Shown: positions 1 to 11,561 of the stretch, piece after piece
Layout of the letters: each line of letters opens with the position of its first letter
Position numbering within the stretch: the stretch's first letter is position 1
Assembly (NCBI GenBank): GCA_002269645.1
Contig: NIVC01003464.1
Span: 1,901-65,900, forward strand
DNA: 64,000 nucleotides
Origin: Macrostomum lignano
Lineage: Eukaryota
Direction of reading: 5' to 3'
The notes under the pieces: generated by a model
Told to the model about the DNA's origin: nothing
Database searches by the model: none
What the model saw: the letters and a program-made list of their open reading frames with translations, nothing else
Translations under genes and position numbers: made by a program

Positions 1-686
1 TCTTTCGGAGGACGTCATTACTTAACTTACCATTTTCGGTAGACGATCACGATTGAAATTTGTCCCTGTTCTCTGTTTTCACTGTGTGGTGCACTGTACT
101 AGATTCTTTTGTGCGCAGTGTGCGCATGCACCCCAAAATTTGAAATCGCACCCCTGAAATTGAAAAAGTGGGTGCAGTTTAGGTGCAGTCTCATGTCATA
201 ACCTATTTCCTTTTTAAGCCTTAAAGCCTTTTTGCACTGCCTTGAAATAAGAAAAAAGAGGAATTGGGCATAGATTGCGATTTTGCGCCTTGTCTCAGTA
301 AAAAATATTACCCACATGCACAGGAGAAGGAAATTTCAATTCAAAAAGGAATATTTATCCCAGATATCTAGATATCTGGATATTTAGGCCTATCCTATTC
401 CTATACAGGAATTTCTGGCTGTAAGCCTGTATAGCAATGATCATTATGCATATAGGGCCTACCCATATACCCTACCCATATAGAGAGAGAGAGAGGGTAT
501 AATACCATGTTCCACTTTGTAAGGCATAGATAGTTCTTATTTCTTTATACTAGATAACTAGGCAGGCCCTAGGCCTATATAGAATTGATAGTGAGGCCTC
601 CATGCAATGGGGCTATTTCATTCAAGATATCATGTATGACATGCAAGTAGTTTAAGGCTTAGAAAAGAAAGACAAGAGGTATTATA

Positions 687-1963
687 TGAAGGTTGTCATA
701 AATTTGCTGACAACTACAAATATCAAAGAAACAAAACAAAGAACAGTTAGGCCTAATTGTCAACATTGCATTTCTCAACATAGTTGCCCCCAAGCTGCAT
801 ACATTTGTGCCATCTCTCTGGCAGCTTGCTGCTGTCCTGGGTGAAGAATTCCATGGGGTCCCTTGTACCTACTGGCTGATGGCCGAGCTGAGTGCAGAAA
901 GGCTTCTATAGCAATGGCCACAAAGAGGCTCTTTCATTTTAGGAAACAACCAGTAGTCACTAGGGGCCAGGTCAGGAGAATAGGCAGGGTGAGGCAGCAA
1001 CTTGAAGCCTAGTCTCCTGATGACATCCATAGTTGCATTGTAGGTATGCGGCCTAGCATTGTCCTACTGCAGCACAGTGCCCCTGGTGAGCCATTCCAAT
1101 ATTTCACAGTAGTACTGGGCATTGATGGTTCTGCCTTCAGGTAGCCACTCAATCAGCAAGATGCTTCTCTGTCCCAGAACACGGTGGCCATGTGCTTACC
1201 TGCTGACTATACTGCCTTGGCCTTGACTAATTGGGGTTTGTGAATAGCCTTCCAGATGCTGCTCTGCTGTTTCGTTTCCAGTTCGTAGAAGTAAAACCAC
1301 ATTTCATTACCAGTCACCAGGCAGCCAAAAAGTCAGGCTCATTTTGATAGGCATTGAGCAGGTGGCAGCACATCTGGACCCTCTCTTGCAGTTGGACAAG
1401 AGTCAGCAGTTTAGGGACCCATTGTGCAACAACTTGTGTCATATGTAGATGGTCAGAGATGATGAAAAGAATGCTCTTCATTGGTATTGCCAACAAGTCC
1501 TCTAACTGCCTCAGGGTTGCTCCACAATCATCATCCAGGGTATGCTGCACACGCTGGATATTGTCACTAGAAGTAGATGACCACGGTGCACCTAGGCAGG
1601 GAGCATCATCAACTGTCTCCTAGCCGTCCTCAAAGCACTGCACCCACTTTGACACAGTTTGTTTTGAAGGTGCATCCTCACCAAAGATTTGCAGTAGCTT
1701 GCAATAAATATCAGCCTGCTTCTTCTGCTGCTTCCACAAACAACCAAATGACAGTGCGCTTGGCAGCTTCACTTTTCTCTATACTGGCTAGAAGGGTGGT
1801 TTGAATGCCACTCAATTTCGGCTTTATCTCAAAAGCCAAAAGGAAGATTTTCCATAGACAATAAGATCAATGGTGCCTTAGTCTATAACAAAAATTTTGC
1901 CCCAAAGTACAAAAGAAACAGATGCTATATAAGTTTGTCAGCAAATTTATGACACAACCCTCG
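687..1963 (-). mobile_element. Mariner (Tc1/mariner, DD34D) DNA transposon, decayed, ~1.28 kb
   Basis: Imperfect TIRs 687-714 (tgaaggttgtcataaatttgctgacaac) and 1932-1963 (reverse complement cgagggttgtgtcataaatttgctgacaaac), each flanked by TA (685-686, 1964-1965). Minus-strand translation gives mariner motifs WVPKLL, VTG(N)EMW, SAGKHMATVFWD, DNARPH and YSPDLAPSDYWLF, with 34 residues between the 2nd and 3rd D. Several stops are present and the first catalytic D reads N. Confidence 0.92.
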
Positions 1964-3492
1964 TACTTTTCAAACTTAATCATTTCAAAGCAATTTTCAT
2001 ATTAAGTGATTGTCATAAAAACTAATATAATGATATAATAGGGCCTATTTAAAGTGCTAATTTATAAAACTACTAGAATTTATAATATATAAAAAACATA
2101 AAAAGATTACAAATCTCTAAAATTTTAGGCTTCATTACTTAAGCTTAGCAAGGGAACTCTTTGCTTTGCTTGAAACCACAATGGCTATCACCAAAAAGTT
2201 TTATTCTTATTACTATAATGAATTACTTATTACCAAAATTACTAAAATATCTTGTGATTGTAATTTAACCAATTATAGTCTATATATAACACAGTAGATA
2301 GTATGTAAATATGCAAAGCAAAGCATAATACCTAAGAATTGATTGAATTATATATAGTCATGTGTATATAAGTTGCATGTACTATATTATATGCACTTTA
2401 TAGTAGAATATCTAAAAATAAGTAAACATGTTAGCAAGGCTCTCTCTAGCAAAACTAGAAACTATTTAGAGGTAAGTAAGGGTCTATTACAACTTAAACT
2501 ATATATCTTTTTGGCTATAAAAATTTTCATGGCAGATAAAATAACCTAATTGGCAAACAAAATAAACAAAATGACTATGAAAATTAGTAAACAAAAAGTT
2601 AACAAATAAAATGACCACATACCTATCATTGCATTAACTTATTTTGGCTTTTTGAATCCTGATTTCTTCCTAAGCTAAAAGCCATTAAATTGAAGTTTTT
2701 TATTTTTAAACTCAATACATTAAGGTGATATATATAAACATAATATGTACTATTAAGCATATATAGATGCCTAGGCTAGCCTAGGACTATAGTATAAAGA
2801 TAAGAAGCTACATTTCTATTCAAGAGGCAAGTTTACCAAAAAAAGAAATAGAAATTTCGATAAGAGATCTTTTAATATCATTTGCCTTTCTTATATAGCT
2901 CCATTGATATAGAGCTTATGTATAAACTAATAGTCTATACTCAAAAAATAATGTAGCACCCACTGTCCAAGTGTGGCTCTGTCTTAATCTTATAAGAATA
3001 ATGAGCCTTCATTAAAGTAGAATACAATACTTTTATTATAGTTTAATATATAGATTATATTTATAGGAAAAGCCTAGCCTAGTCAATATTGTCTCATTTT
3101 TATAAATGCTTAGATTATTTTAGAATTATTGCTTTAAAACTAAGTAGTATTGAAAACAGGAGCATCAAAAACATGCAATATTTCTTTTTCAAATTTGTTT
3201 GCCTGTGTTTCATCCTAAGCTAACATATTCAGGGCAATTACTATTGGTTCATATTGGGTTGTAGATATTTATTGATCAATAGTGTTTAAAAAAAATTATA
3301 GATATTGTGCTGAAGGATCGAACAAAATCAAAGACAGTTTTAATGCAAATTGTATGTAGTCCAAGTACAAGTCAAGTCAGTTTAGCCAGTGTAGAAAAGC
3401 AAGTATACTGTCCATCAGAGCACTTTGAGCTTATGCTCTACACCCTTAATCATCAGCTGCAGTAGCGAGGTTAGTATATAGGAACTGTATCC

Positions 3493-3525
3493 ATGCTGCA
3501 AGCGCAGTCATCAGATGCTGCTTAA
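3493..3525 (+). other. Duplicated copy of the ARMT1 start region forming a 10-aa uORF (MLQAQSSDAA*)
   Basis: 3462-3523 is a direct repeat of 3566-3627 including the ATG. The upstream copy ends in TAA. Confidence 0.75.
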
Positions 3526-3596
3526 TGAGATTTAAGATGGCATTATTCTATGGCCTGTACTGTCAGTAGCGAGGTTAGTATCTAAGAACTGTATCC

Positions 3597-5262
3597 ATGC
3601 TGCAGGCGCAGTCATCAGACGCCGCTGCTCAAGTAGACAACCTGCCCGAGCCTCTATCGGCCAGATTTGTCGATTCATTCGCTTATAAAACTGTGCGCGA
3701 CCGGCTGCCAGTGATCCTAGCCAAGGTGGCCGACTCAGTGTGTCGCAGAAAGTCGGAGTTTAATTCCACCAACATGGACCGAGTCAAATCCGTCATCATT
3801 GGCGGCGTCTCCCGGTTGCGCAACGAACTGCAGACAGACAAGCCGCTGCTGCCGCTGTCCGACTCCGCCTCGGACACGACCGCTTGGAATGACTACCTGG
3901 CCGAGCTGACTGAAACGCTTGGCCGAGCGCCGAGTTGGTTTAAAGAGCCCTGGCTGTATGTTGAATGCTACATGTATAGGCGGCTGCTGGAGCTGGTCAA
4001 TCTAGCCGATCTGACGGTCGGCATTGATCTGTTCGCGCCCGAGAAACGGCAAAGTTTGCTTGGCTCCGCCGCGCTGGCTGCCGCTGCCGCCGAAGCCGCT
4101 CTGGCAGCCGAGGCCGAAGCAGAGGCTGCCAACGGCGCGCCTCAGCTGCGCCGGCTGCTCCGGCTCTGCCTGTCAGCCAATCTGGCCGACCTGTCGCTGT
4201 CAGCTTTGGCCGAGGCGCACCAGCTGGCCGCGGATGACGCCAACTCCTCCGGATTGATCATCCTGCTGGACCACACCGATCAGTTTGTCGACTGTTTGCG
4301 CCAGCGCGGTCCTGCTGTCGCTGTTGTGCATGTGAGCTCCGACTGGAAATACTCTGCACACCTGGAGTGGAATTTGTCACTAATATATTTACACGGAATT
4401 CAAATAGGCATAGCATTCTGACTCACGCCATCAACCCCTGTGTGAGCGTGTGTATGAGTGCGTGCCTGTGTACAGTATTGGCGCCCTTGTGTGTAATGTG
4501 TTCAGGAGTCAGCGCCGATAACTATATCGGCGTGTATTACTTCACTGTGTTATTATTATGATCCAGAGTCCCCTCCCCCCCCAAAATTCCAGGTGTGCGC
4601 ATTGACGACATTTCTCGTTCTCTGAGTACGTGTTTGAGCAAGACTGAATGTACAATCATGTCCCGCAGATCGTGCTGGACAACGTCGGCCCGGAGCTGGT
4701 GTCGGACCTCTGCCTAGCCGAATGCCTTCTACGCGGTGGTCACGCTGGAAAAGTCCGGCTGCACACCAAAGCGGCGCCCTGGTTTGTGTCCGACGCTACT
4801 GAACTGGACTTGGCTGCCACGCTTGACTGGCTGGCCTCCGGCTCGGCCGGCCAATCATCCGTCCAGCTGGCCGAGTCGCTTCGGTCTCGCCTGTCTACCG
4901 GACAGCTATCGTCCGGTAGCGACCCGTTTTGGACAACTTGGCTAGCATTTGCCGACATGGAAACTTCGCCGCTGGGCGCAAAGCTTTATAAAAAGCTGAG
5001 CCAGGCTGACTGCGTTGTGCTCAAAGGCGATCTCAACTATCGCAAGGCCGTCAGTGATCTGGCCTGGCCGCCAACCGCACCATTGGCCAAAGCCGTCGGC
5101 CGCTTCCGTCCGGCGCCTCTGCTGTTAGTTCGCACTCTCAAATCGAACGTGGTGGCCGGTTTAGCGCCCGGACAAGCCGAGGCGGCCGACGCTCAGCATT
5201 CCGACTGGATGGTGGCCGGTAAATGCGGTGTTCTGCAGTTCCTGCCTGCGGAGAATGCTTGA
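3597..5262 (+). CDS. ARMT1: ARMT1 / DUF89 damage-control phosphatase, 2 exons (3597-4331, 4669-5262), ~442 aa
   Basis: Motifs FAYKTVRDRLPVIL, WLYVECYMYRR, VVH|IVLDNVGPEL joined across a GT..AG phase-0 intron (4332-4668), PWFVSD, KGDLNYRK, RTLKS. AATAAA at 5383. Confidence 0.92.
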
Positions 5263-5418
5263 CTTTTCCCTGGCTGACTGACTGACTGACTGACTGCTTA
5301 GTCCAGGCAAACAGATTCTAAAATGATGTACGGTAGTAGAAGAGATTTAAAAATACAGATTGGCGCAGAATTCTACAAGTATAATAAAAATATAATATTT
5401 GATTGCTGCCCCCCCAAT

Positions 5419-5640
5419 TTGGCCAGATGTGCAACCGACGCATCTGAAGGCTGCGTACGGCTGTTCAGTCCAAGGACTGGGGGTTGAAACACACACCCTC
5501 AATTACCCCAGCTAATGCTGGCACCCATGCAGAGTTTTAAAGTGTTTTTCTCAATGACACAAATTGTTCCAGTGGAATCGGGAATCGAACCCCCGACCTT
5601 CAAGTCGTGAGTCCAACTCTCTAGCCACTAGGCTACACAG
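5419..5640 (-). mobile_element. tRNA-derived SINE family A, copy 1
   Basis: Minus strand reads gtagcctagtggctagag...ggttcgattc (Pol III A/B boxes), followed by a body shared with 22101-22370 (ccccagtccttggactgaacagccgtacgcagccttcagatgc). Confidence 0.8.
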
Positions 5641-6354
5641 TTAATGAGAAATTAGTCAGTATAAATATTTTTCGTGATTTCTCATTACCAGTAACTGGTT
5701 GAATTTTGTAAAGTTTGAAGACAGTGCCTGTATTGGTTCAAAAGTTATAACATCCATCCCGTATTCCATCCTATTTAGAAATATAAAAAGCTATCTTTAC
5801 TACTCATGAAATTAGACGAACGCATTTTTTGCAAGTGATGTAGTAAGCTATTTTAGAGGATTATGAAGTGTTTGTTTGTAATTGCACATAGAATATTTCA
5901 AACGGCAGATTTCATGTCAGCACGAAATGTCATGTGCAGTTAGCAATGTTGCAGGCGTTTGAATCTATGGCGGAAAAATAGTGGCTTTGCTAGTACCATA
6001 TCTGATGGCATCCTTCGGGATAATTATTGGCATTGGTAATCAGGAAATCTATAGGAAACTTTAGACTAGAAAGTTATCACTCTTTTTCAACTATATATTG
6101 TCATTTTCTTTCGTTCATGTTGATGTGTTATTAGTCTTGCTTACAAACCGTTTTGAGCTTCCTATCTGCCTCTACTAGTGAATTGCGGCCATTCAGTCAA
6201 TGCTAAAATGTGATTTAACTGATTTCGTGTTTTTGCACACTGAAAAAGTAAATGTTACTAATACAATGTACGTCTTGTGTTTCTATTTACTATCACTTTC
6301 ATTATTTCATTCGTGATTACAACTAAGTGAATTCAGGGTTATTGTGCGATTCAC

Positions 6355-6556
6355 GCCCATGAGGGCCAGCCCCCGAGGCACAGAGTGTACATGCCTGACG
6401 ATTAGACAGTCAGTCAGTGCCGCTGTACACCCTGTGTGTGCCTGTGTACAGTATTGGGGCACTTGTATGTGCTCAGGACTCAGCGGAATGTGCGGATTTG
6501 CCTCAGTGCTGCTTTATGGCGAGTCGATGTCGCTATTATTATTAATTATTATTAAA
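6355..6556 (+). mobile_element. Dispersed SINE-like family B (catgagggcc...gagtgtacatgcctgacgatt...tgtacaccctgtg...(TTA)n tail)
   Basis: Related blocks at ~4430-4560, ~14825-14930, 27180-27815, 34945-35570, 40555-40650 (minus) and 50860-51000. The last copy is preceded by a B-box-like ggttcgatt. An AT-rich tail ends the 6355 and 34945 copies. Confidence 0.6.
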
Positions 6557-6652
6557 TCAATGTCTAACGATTTCAGCCAAACAAAGACTCAAAAGAACCA
6601 AGAGCCGTCTATTAGATTAAATAAAACTCGATCATAAATTAAATTATTAGCG

Positions 6653-7253
6653 ATGCCGCCAAAAGCAGCAAAAAGTAAAACAACCAAGACTGCTGCTGCT
6701 ACTGCTTCGGCAAAGAAGACCCAGAAACAGCAAAAGGTGTCTGCTGAAGTGGAAGCCGACGACTCGCTACCGAGCAAATCGACTCCAGGTAAGAAGCGCC
6801 GGCGCACCCTGCCAATCAGACCGGCCCGGCAAGGCGGCCACTGCGTACTGATTTCGCACCTGCCGACGGCCTGCGCGAGCCGCAGCTTCGCCGATTTCTC
6901 AGCCAATTCGGCCGGGTTCACCGTGTCGAGTGCCCCGCTCGAAGTCCGGAGCCGGCAACGCCAAAGGCATCGCTTTTGTTGAAATGGCCGAACCGGCAGC
7001 TGCCAAGACGGTGGCCGAAACGCTGGATAATTACCTAATGTTCACCCGGCTGCTCAGGTGCAAGGTGGTGCCGGATCCAAAACGATTGACGTTCGCGTCG
7101 GACGGCCGGCTGAAGAAGCAGCCCAAGGCTAAGGAGCAGCCGACTGCCGTTTCTACAAAAGACTCCGCGGCGGCTGCGCGCGGTCGTTCGCGCCGATTGC
7201 GCGCTAAATTGCAAAGATTGAAGCAGTTGGATCCGGAGTTCGAGTTTGCTTAA
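6653..7253 (+). CDS. NIFK: Nucleolar RRM protein NIFK/MKI67IP/Nop15-like, intronless, ~200 aa after correcting two 1-nt deletions (~6865, ~6927)
   Basis: K-rich N-terminus. Joined frames read VLISHLPDGLREPQLRRFLSQFGRVHRVRVPRSKSGAGNAKGIAFVEMAEPAAAKTVAETLDNYLMFTRLLRCKVV, the NIFK/Nop15 RRM signature. AATAAA at 7312. Confidence 0.85.
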
Positions 7254-7522
7254 GCCTGGTTTCCAAGGCCCAGTTGATCGCCTTGCTTTTGTGACGCCTA
7301 GTTGACGTTAAAATAAAATATATGGACGCGCATCGCATATTATTGCATTTTTTAATCTGCGAAATACTTCGTTCTTCAGTAATTTCATTAAATCAGTAAC
7401 AAGGCATTTCTTGGAAGCTAGCTTCAGCATAATCGTATTATTTTTATGCATATTGGCTACCTTACCATGTTGTCTGTACCAGCACCGTGCTAGAGCGTTT
7501 AGTTGTAATATTTAATCAATGC

Positions 7523-8435
7523 TCCAGATCCTCTTAGTTCTATCCTAGCTATACCCTCCCAGATCCTCTTAGTTCTATCCCAGCTATACCCTCCCAGATC
7601 CTCTTAGTTCTATCCTAGCTATACCCTCCCAGATCCTCTTAGTTCTATCCTAGCTATACCCTCCCAGATCCTCTTAGTTCTATCCTAGCTATACCCTCCT
7701 AGATCCTCTTAGTTCTATCCCAGCTATACCCTCCCAGATCCTCTTAGTTCTATCCTAGCTATACCCTCCCAGATCCTCTTAGTTCTATCCTAGCTATACC
7801 CTCCCAGATCCTCTAGTTTTATCCTAGCTATACCCTCCCAGATCCTCTTAGTTCTATCCTAGCTATACCCTCCCAGATCCTCTAGTTCTATCCTAGCTAT
7901 ACCCTCCCAGATCCTCTAGTTCTATCCTAGCTATACCCTCCCAGATCCTCTTAGTTCTATCCTAGCTATACCCTCCAGATCCTCTTAGTTCTATCCTAGC
8001 TATACCCTCCCAGATCCTCTAGTTCTATCCTAGCTATACCCTCCCAGATCCTCTAGTTCTATCCTAGCTATACCCTCCCAGATCCTCTAGTTCTATCCTA
8101 GCTATACCCTCCCAGATCCTCTAGTTCTATCCTAGCTATACCCTCCCAGATCCTCTAGTTCTATCCTAGCTATACCCTCCCAGATCCTCTAGTTCTATCC
8201 TAGCTATACCCTCCCAGATCCTCTTAGTTCTATCCCAGCTATACCCTCCCAGATCCTCTTAGTTCTATCCTAGCTATACCCTCCCAGATCCTCTTAGTTC
8301 TATCCCAGCTATACCCTCCCAGATCCTCTTAGTTCTATGCCAGTGATACCCTCCCAGATCCTCTAGTTCTATGCCAGTGATACCCTCCCAGATCCTCTAG
8401 TTCTATGCCAGTGATACCCTCCCAGAACCTCTAGT
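7523..8435. repeat. Minisatellite, 34-35 bp unit (ccagatcctcttagttctatcctagctataccctc), ~26 copies
   Basis: Direct tandem periodicity visible in the sequence. Confidence 0.97.
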
Positions 8436-8562
8436 TTTATTCGAGCAAACCTCCAAGCCATATTCTGATACAACTTCTCGTAAACGAATGACTTGTGTTC
8501 CTCACTTTTTCAAATAAAATTGATAATCTTGAAAAATACTTGCAGCAACAGCATCGGCAGCC

Positions 8563-8802
8563 ATGAGCAAAGCCCAAAATCCCGAACTGAAAAATACCTG
8601 GATAAGCGCGTCTCAATCCAGCTCAACGGCAAACGTCGTATTAGCGGCGTATTGCGCGGCTTCGACCCTTTCATGAATGTGTGCTTGACGAAGCTGTCGA
8701 GATTCTGCGGCCTGACCAGCAACAGCAGCAGCAGCAGCGCATGGGCATGATTGTGGTGCGCGCAATTCCGTTGTCATCCTGGAATGCCTAGACAGGATCT
8801 GA
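8563..8802 (+). CDS. SNRPG: Small nuclear ribonucleoprotein G (SmG), intronless, 80 aa after correcting three 1-nt deletions
   Basis: Reconstruction MSKAQNPELKKYLDKRVSIQLNGKRRISGVLRGFDPFMNVCLDEAVEILRPDQQQQQQQRMGMIVVRGNSVVILECLDRI* matches the SmG Sm1/Sm2 motifs (LRGFDPFMN, GMxVxRGNS). Deletions at ~8592, ~8687, ~8762. AATAAA at 8904. Confidence 0.9.
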
Positions 8803-8966
8803 TCTGAAAAATAGCCTTATTGATCTGCTATTGATTGAATGAAATAACAAAATTCAACAATTTTTCTATCTCAATTGTTCATAGCAAGTCCGTGCTAGTT
8901 TCGAATAAAAAAATGTTTTGATATTAACCAGCTTACAGTACCCTGTTAGTGCCGAGATGTTAACAC

Positions 8967-9692
8967 CCCTCTAGATCCTAGAGTTGGTAGCGTCACCACC
9001 CCTCAAGATCCTAGAGTTGGTAGCGTCACCACCCCTCAAGATCCTAGAGTTGGTAGCGTCACGACCCCTCAAGATCCTAGAGTTGGTAGCGTCACCACCC
9101 CTCTAGATCCTAGAGTTGGTAGCATCACCACCCCTCAAGATCCTAGAGTTGGTAGCGTCACCACCCCTCAAGATCCTAGAGTTGGTAGCGTCACCACCCC
9201 TCTAGATCCTAGAGTTGGTAGCATCACCACCCTCAAGATCCTAGAGTTGGTAGCGTCACCACCCCTCTAGATCCTAGAGTTGGTAGCGTCACCACCCCTC
9301 TAGATCCTAGAGTTGGTAGCGTCACCACCCCTCAAGATCCTAGAGTTGGTAGCGTCACCACCCCTCAAGATCCTAGAGTTGGAAGCGTCACCACCCCTCT
9401 AGATCCTAGAGTTGGAAGCGTCACCACCCCTCAAGATCCTAGAGTTGGAAGCGTCACCACCCCTCAAGATCCTAGAGTTGGAAGCGTCACCACCCCTCAA
9501 GATCCTAGAGTTGGAAGCGTCACCACCCTCAAGATCCTAGAGTTGGAAGCGTCACCACCCTCAAGATCCTAGAGTTGGAAGCGTCACCACCCCTCAAGAT
9601 CCTAGAGTTGGAAGCGTCACCACCCTCAAGATCCTAGAGTTGGAAGCGTCACCACCCTCAAGTTCCTAGAGTTGGAAGCGTCACCACCCCTC
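8967..9692. repeat. Minisatellite, 33 bp unit (caagatcctagagttggtagcgtcaccacccct), ~22 copies
   Basis: Direct tandem periodicity. Confidence 0.97.
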
Positions 9693-11561
9693 TCCCAGCT
9701 CTCTAAACTTAGTAGGCATCTTATTTCCCGTAAGGCCTGTTTTCTATTTGCTAGCAGCCTGTTGTTTCTGTAACTAATCTACGAAAAAATGTTAAATATT
9801 TCTTGCAGTAAAGAACTATGCTCCGGTGGCTGACCTGTTATTGGGAACTTAATTAATGTAATTTTGCTTGCATTTTCGCTAAATAATGTAACATTGTTTT
9901 GCGTAATTTTATGCTTTTTAGGTTCAATAAAGTAAGTGTTGGTGATTAATCACGGTTGAAATATGTCATTTGAAACCTGACACACTTGAGCGTATGAAAA
10001 GTTTTTTATGCTTATGTTCTTCTAGCTCGTATTTCTTGTTTCAACATTAGGACATAGGGCTCAGAAGCACAGATATAAAAGGTGATGATATTAACTCCTG
10101 TATCACTCTTGTCCGTGTACTACATGTAAATAACTTCATTCCGACAGTAGTCGAAATTATAGTAGAGTAGTTATTTTCATTCTGCTCTGGCGTCCGCTTG
10201 GGAATTGCTTTGAGCTCAGTCTAGTTATAGCCAGCAACGAAAGCAATATCTGGTCATCTCTTTGTGCCAACAGATCGCGCGGAATCCATCAGCTTGCTGA
10301 TTGTGTGCCTGCCAGTGCAATCTTTGCATGGAAAATGGAAATATATATTGCTCAAGCCAGTTATTCAGTCAGTTTCGGGTGAAGCCGAAGCTTCCACACG
10401 ATGCAAAAAAATAGCGTGAACTCCTCCATCCATATCGCTAGCAGTTGTCTATTAGTGAGTTCCCTTCTGTCCCAAACTGCGTTGATTACTTTTCCCAGAC
10501 TGAATCGCGTTTTTTCGTTGGTTGGAATTCCTGCGTGGTCGTGCGCCTGTTTTTTCTCTAAGATATTCGTAAGATTGCCCGGCTATTGCATTCATTTCTG
10601 CTTTGGTCTTTGCGAAAACCAAGTCAATCCCGATGATATTCCGATGGTTCTGCCCGGTTTCCAGAAAGTTTATACCGCATTCCATCGGCTTTTATTGAGA
10701 AGTGTTAATATTATGAATAAATAAGAAACCATTGTTGCTTATGCCTTGACGAAGTCTGTCGCGCGATAGTCCTCGAATGTTGGCGTGGTTGGGATAAGTG
10801 CCGCTGCGGGGCGTGAAAATCCCACGCTACTTGCCGCCGCTAATACTCTCTTGTCAAGAGTGATTCTCGTTGCGTAGATCTCAGAGCTGTCGGCTGCAGC
10901 TTCTCTCTTTAGACCTTGCATCGTTGCTATCGCGGGATTCGATTCGTCAATTCCCAGTAAGACCTCACCTTCAAGGGCTCCTTTCTCACCGGTATGGCAA
11001 TCTAATTAATAATCTGGCTGCGGAAGAGGCTGTAAGTGGTTCCGCTAGCGCCTACGGATCTGGCTAGCCGGAGCACTGCAGCAGTGCTAGCGATTCTCTT
11101 CGATGCTTTAAGCGCCGCTGCAGAGGAAAAAGTAATACCTCTACACTTGCACTTGCTCGGAGATTAGAATTCGATTAATGGCCGCGCCAATAGCAGCAGC
11201 AGAGGACGTTTTTTCGCTTCAATCCGAATTTCAAATTCCAATATATCGAAGTTAATGGTTACAAGTTTTTTAAATCAATAAACGCTCGTATCAGAGCTGA
11301 TTCGCTACTAATGGAGTGAACAATAGTGAAATATATATTTATGAATTTGTGCAGAAGAAGGGCTCGTTTCTCTTCTTCAACTAGGACATTGATGTTTAAC
11401 TTGGTTTATTTCTGTTTTCAACCTGCACGCAATGGTATATATTTATCGAACGTTCATGTAAGCTGGTTTATGCAGCTTAACTAGTACACTGATTGAAGCA
11501 ATATCAGTCTGGGATTTTTTCATTCTGGTTGTCTTTGACATGGCCGTCTTTGTCTGTTGGC

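Noticed and set aside
25-100. Minus-strand ATG|GTAAGT at 33-25 as the first exon of a gene leaving the window
   Set aside because: Plausible, but cannot be supported without downstream sequence.
5560-5640. Functional tRNA genes at the SINE heads (also 22101-22175)
   Set aside because: Acceptor and T stems are imperfect and both continue into a shared ~200-bp body, so they are SINEs.
6860-8765. Programmed ribosomal frameshifting or pseudogenisation of NIFK and SmG
   Set aside because: No slippery heptamer or pseudoknot pattern, and the same 1-nt deletion type affects four unrelated genes. Sequencing error is more parsimonious.
10739-11130. Short minus-strand ORF MQGLKREAAADSSE... downstream of the neuropeptide gene
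   Set aside because: No recognisable domain and no consistent exon chain; upstream frames hit stops.
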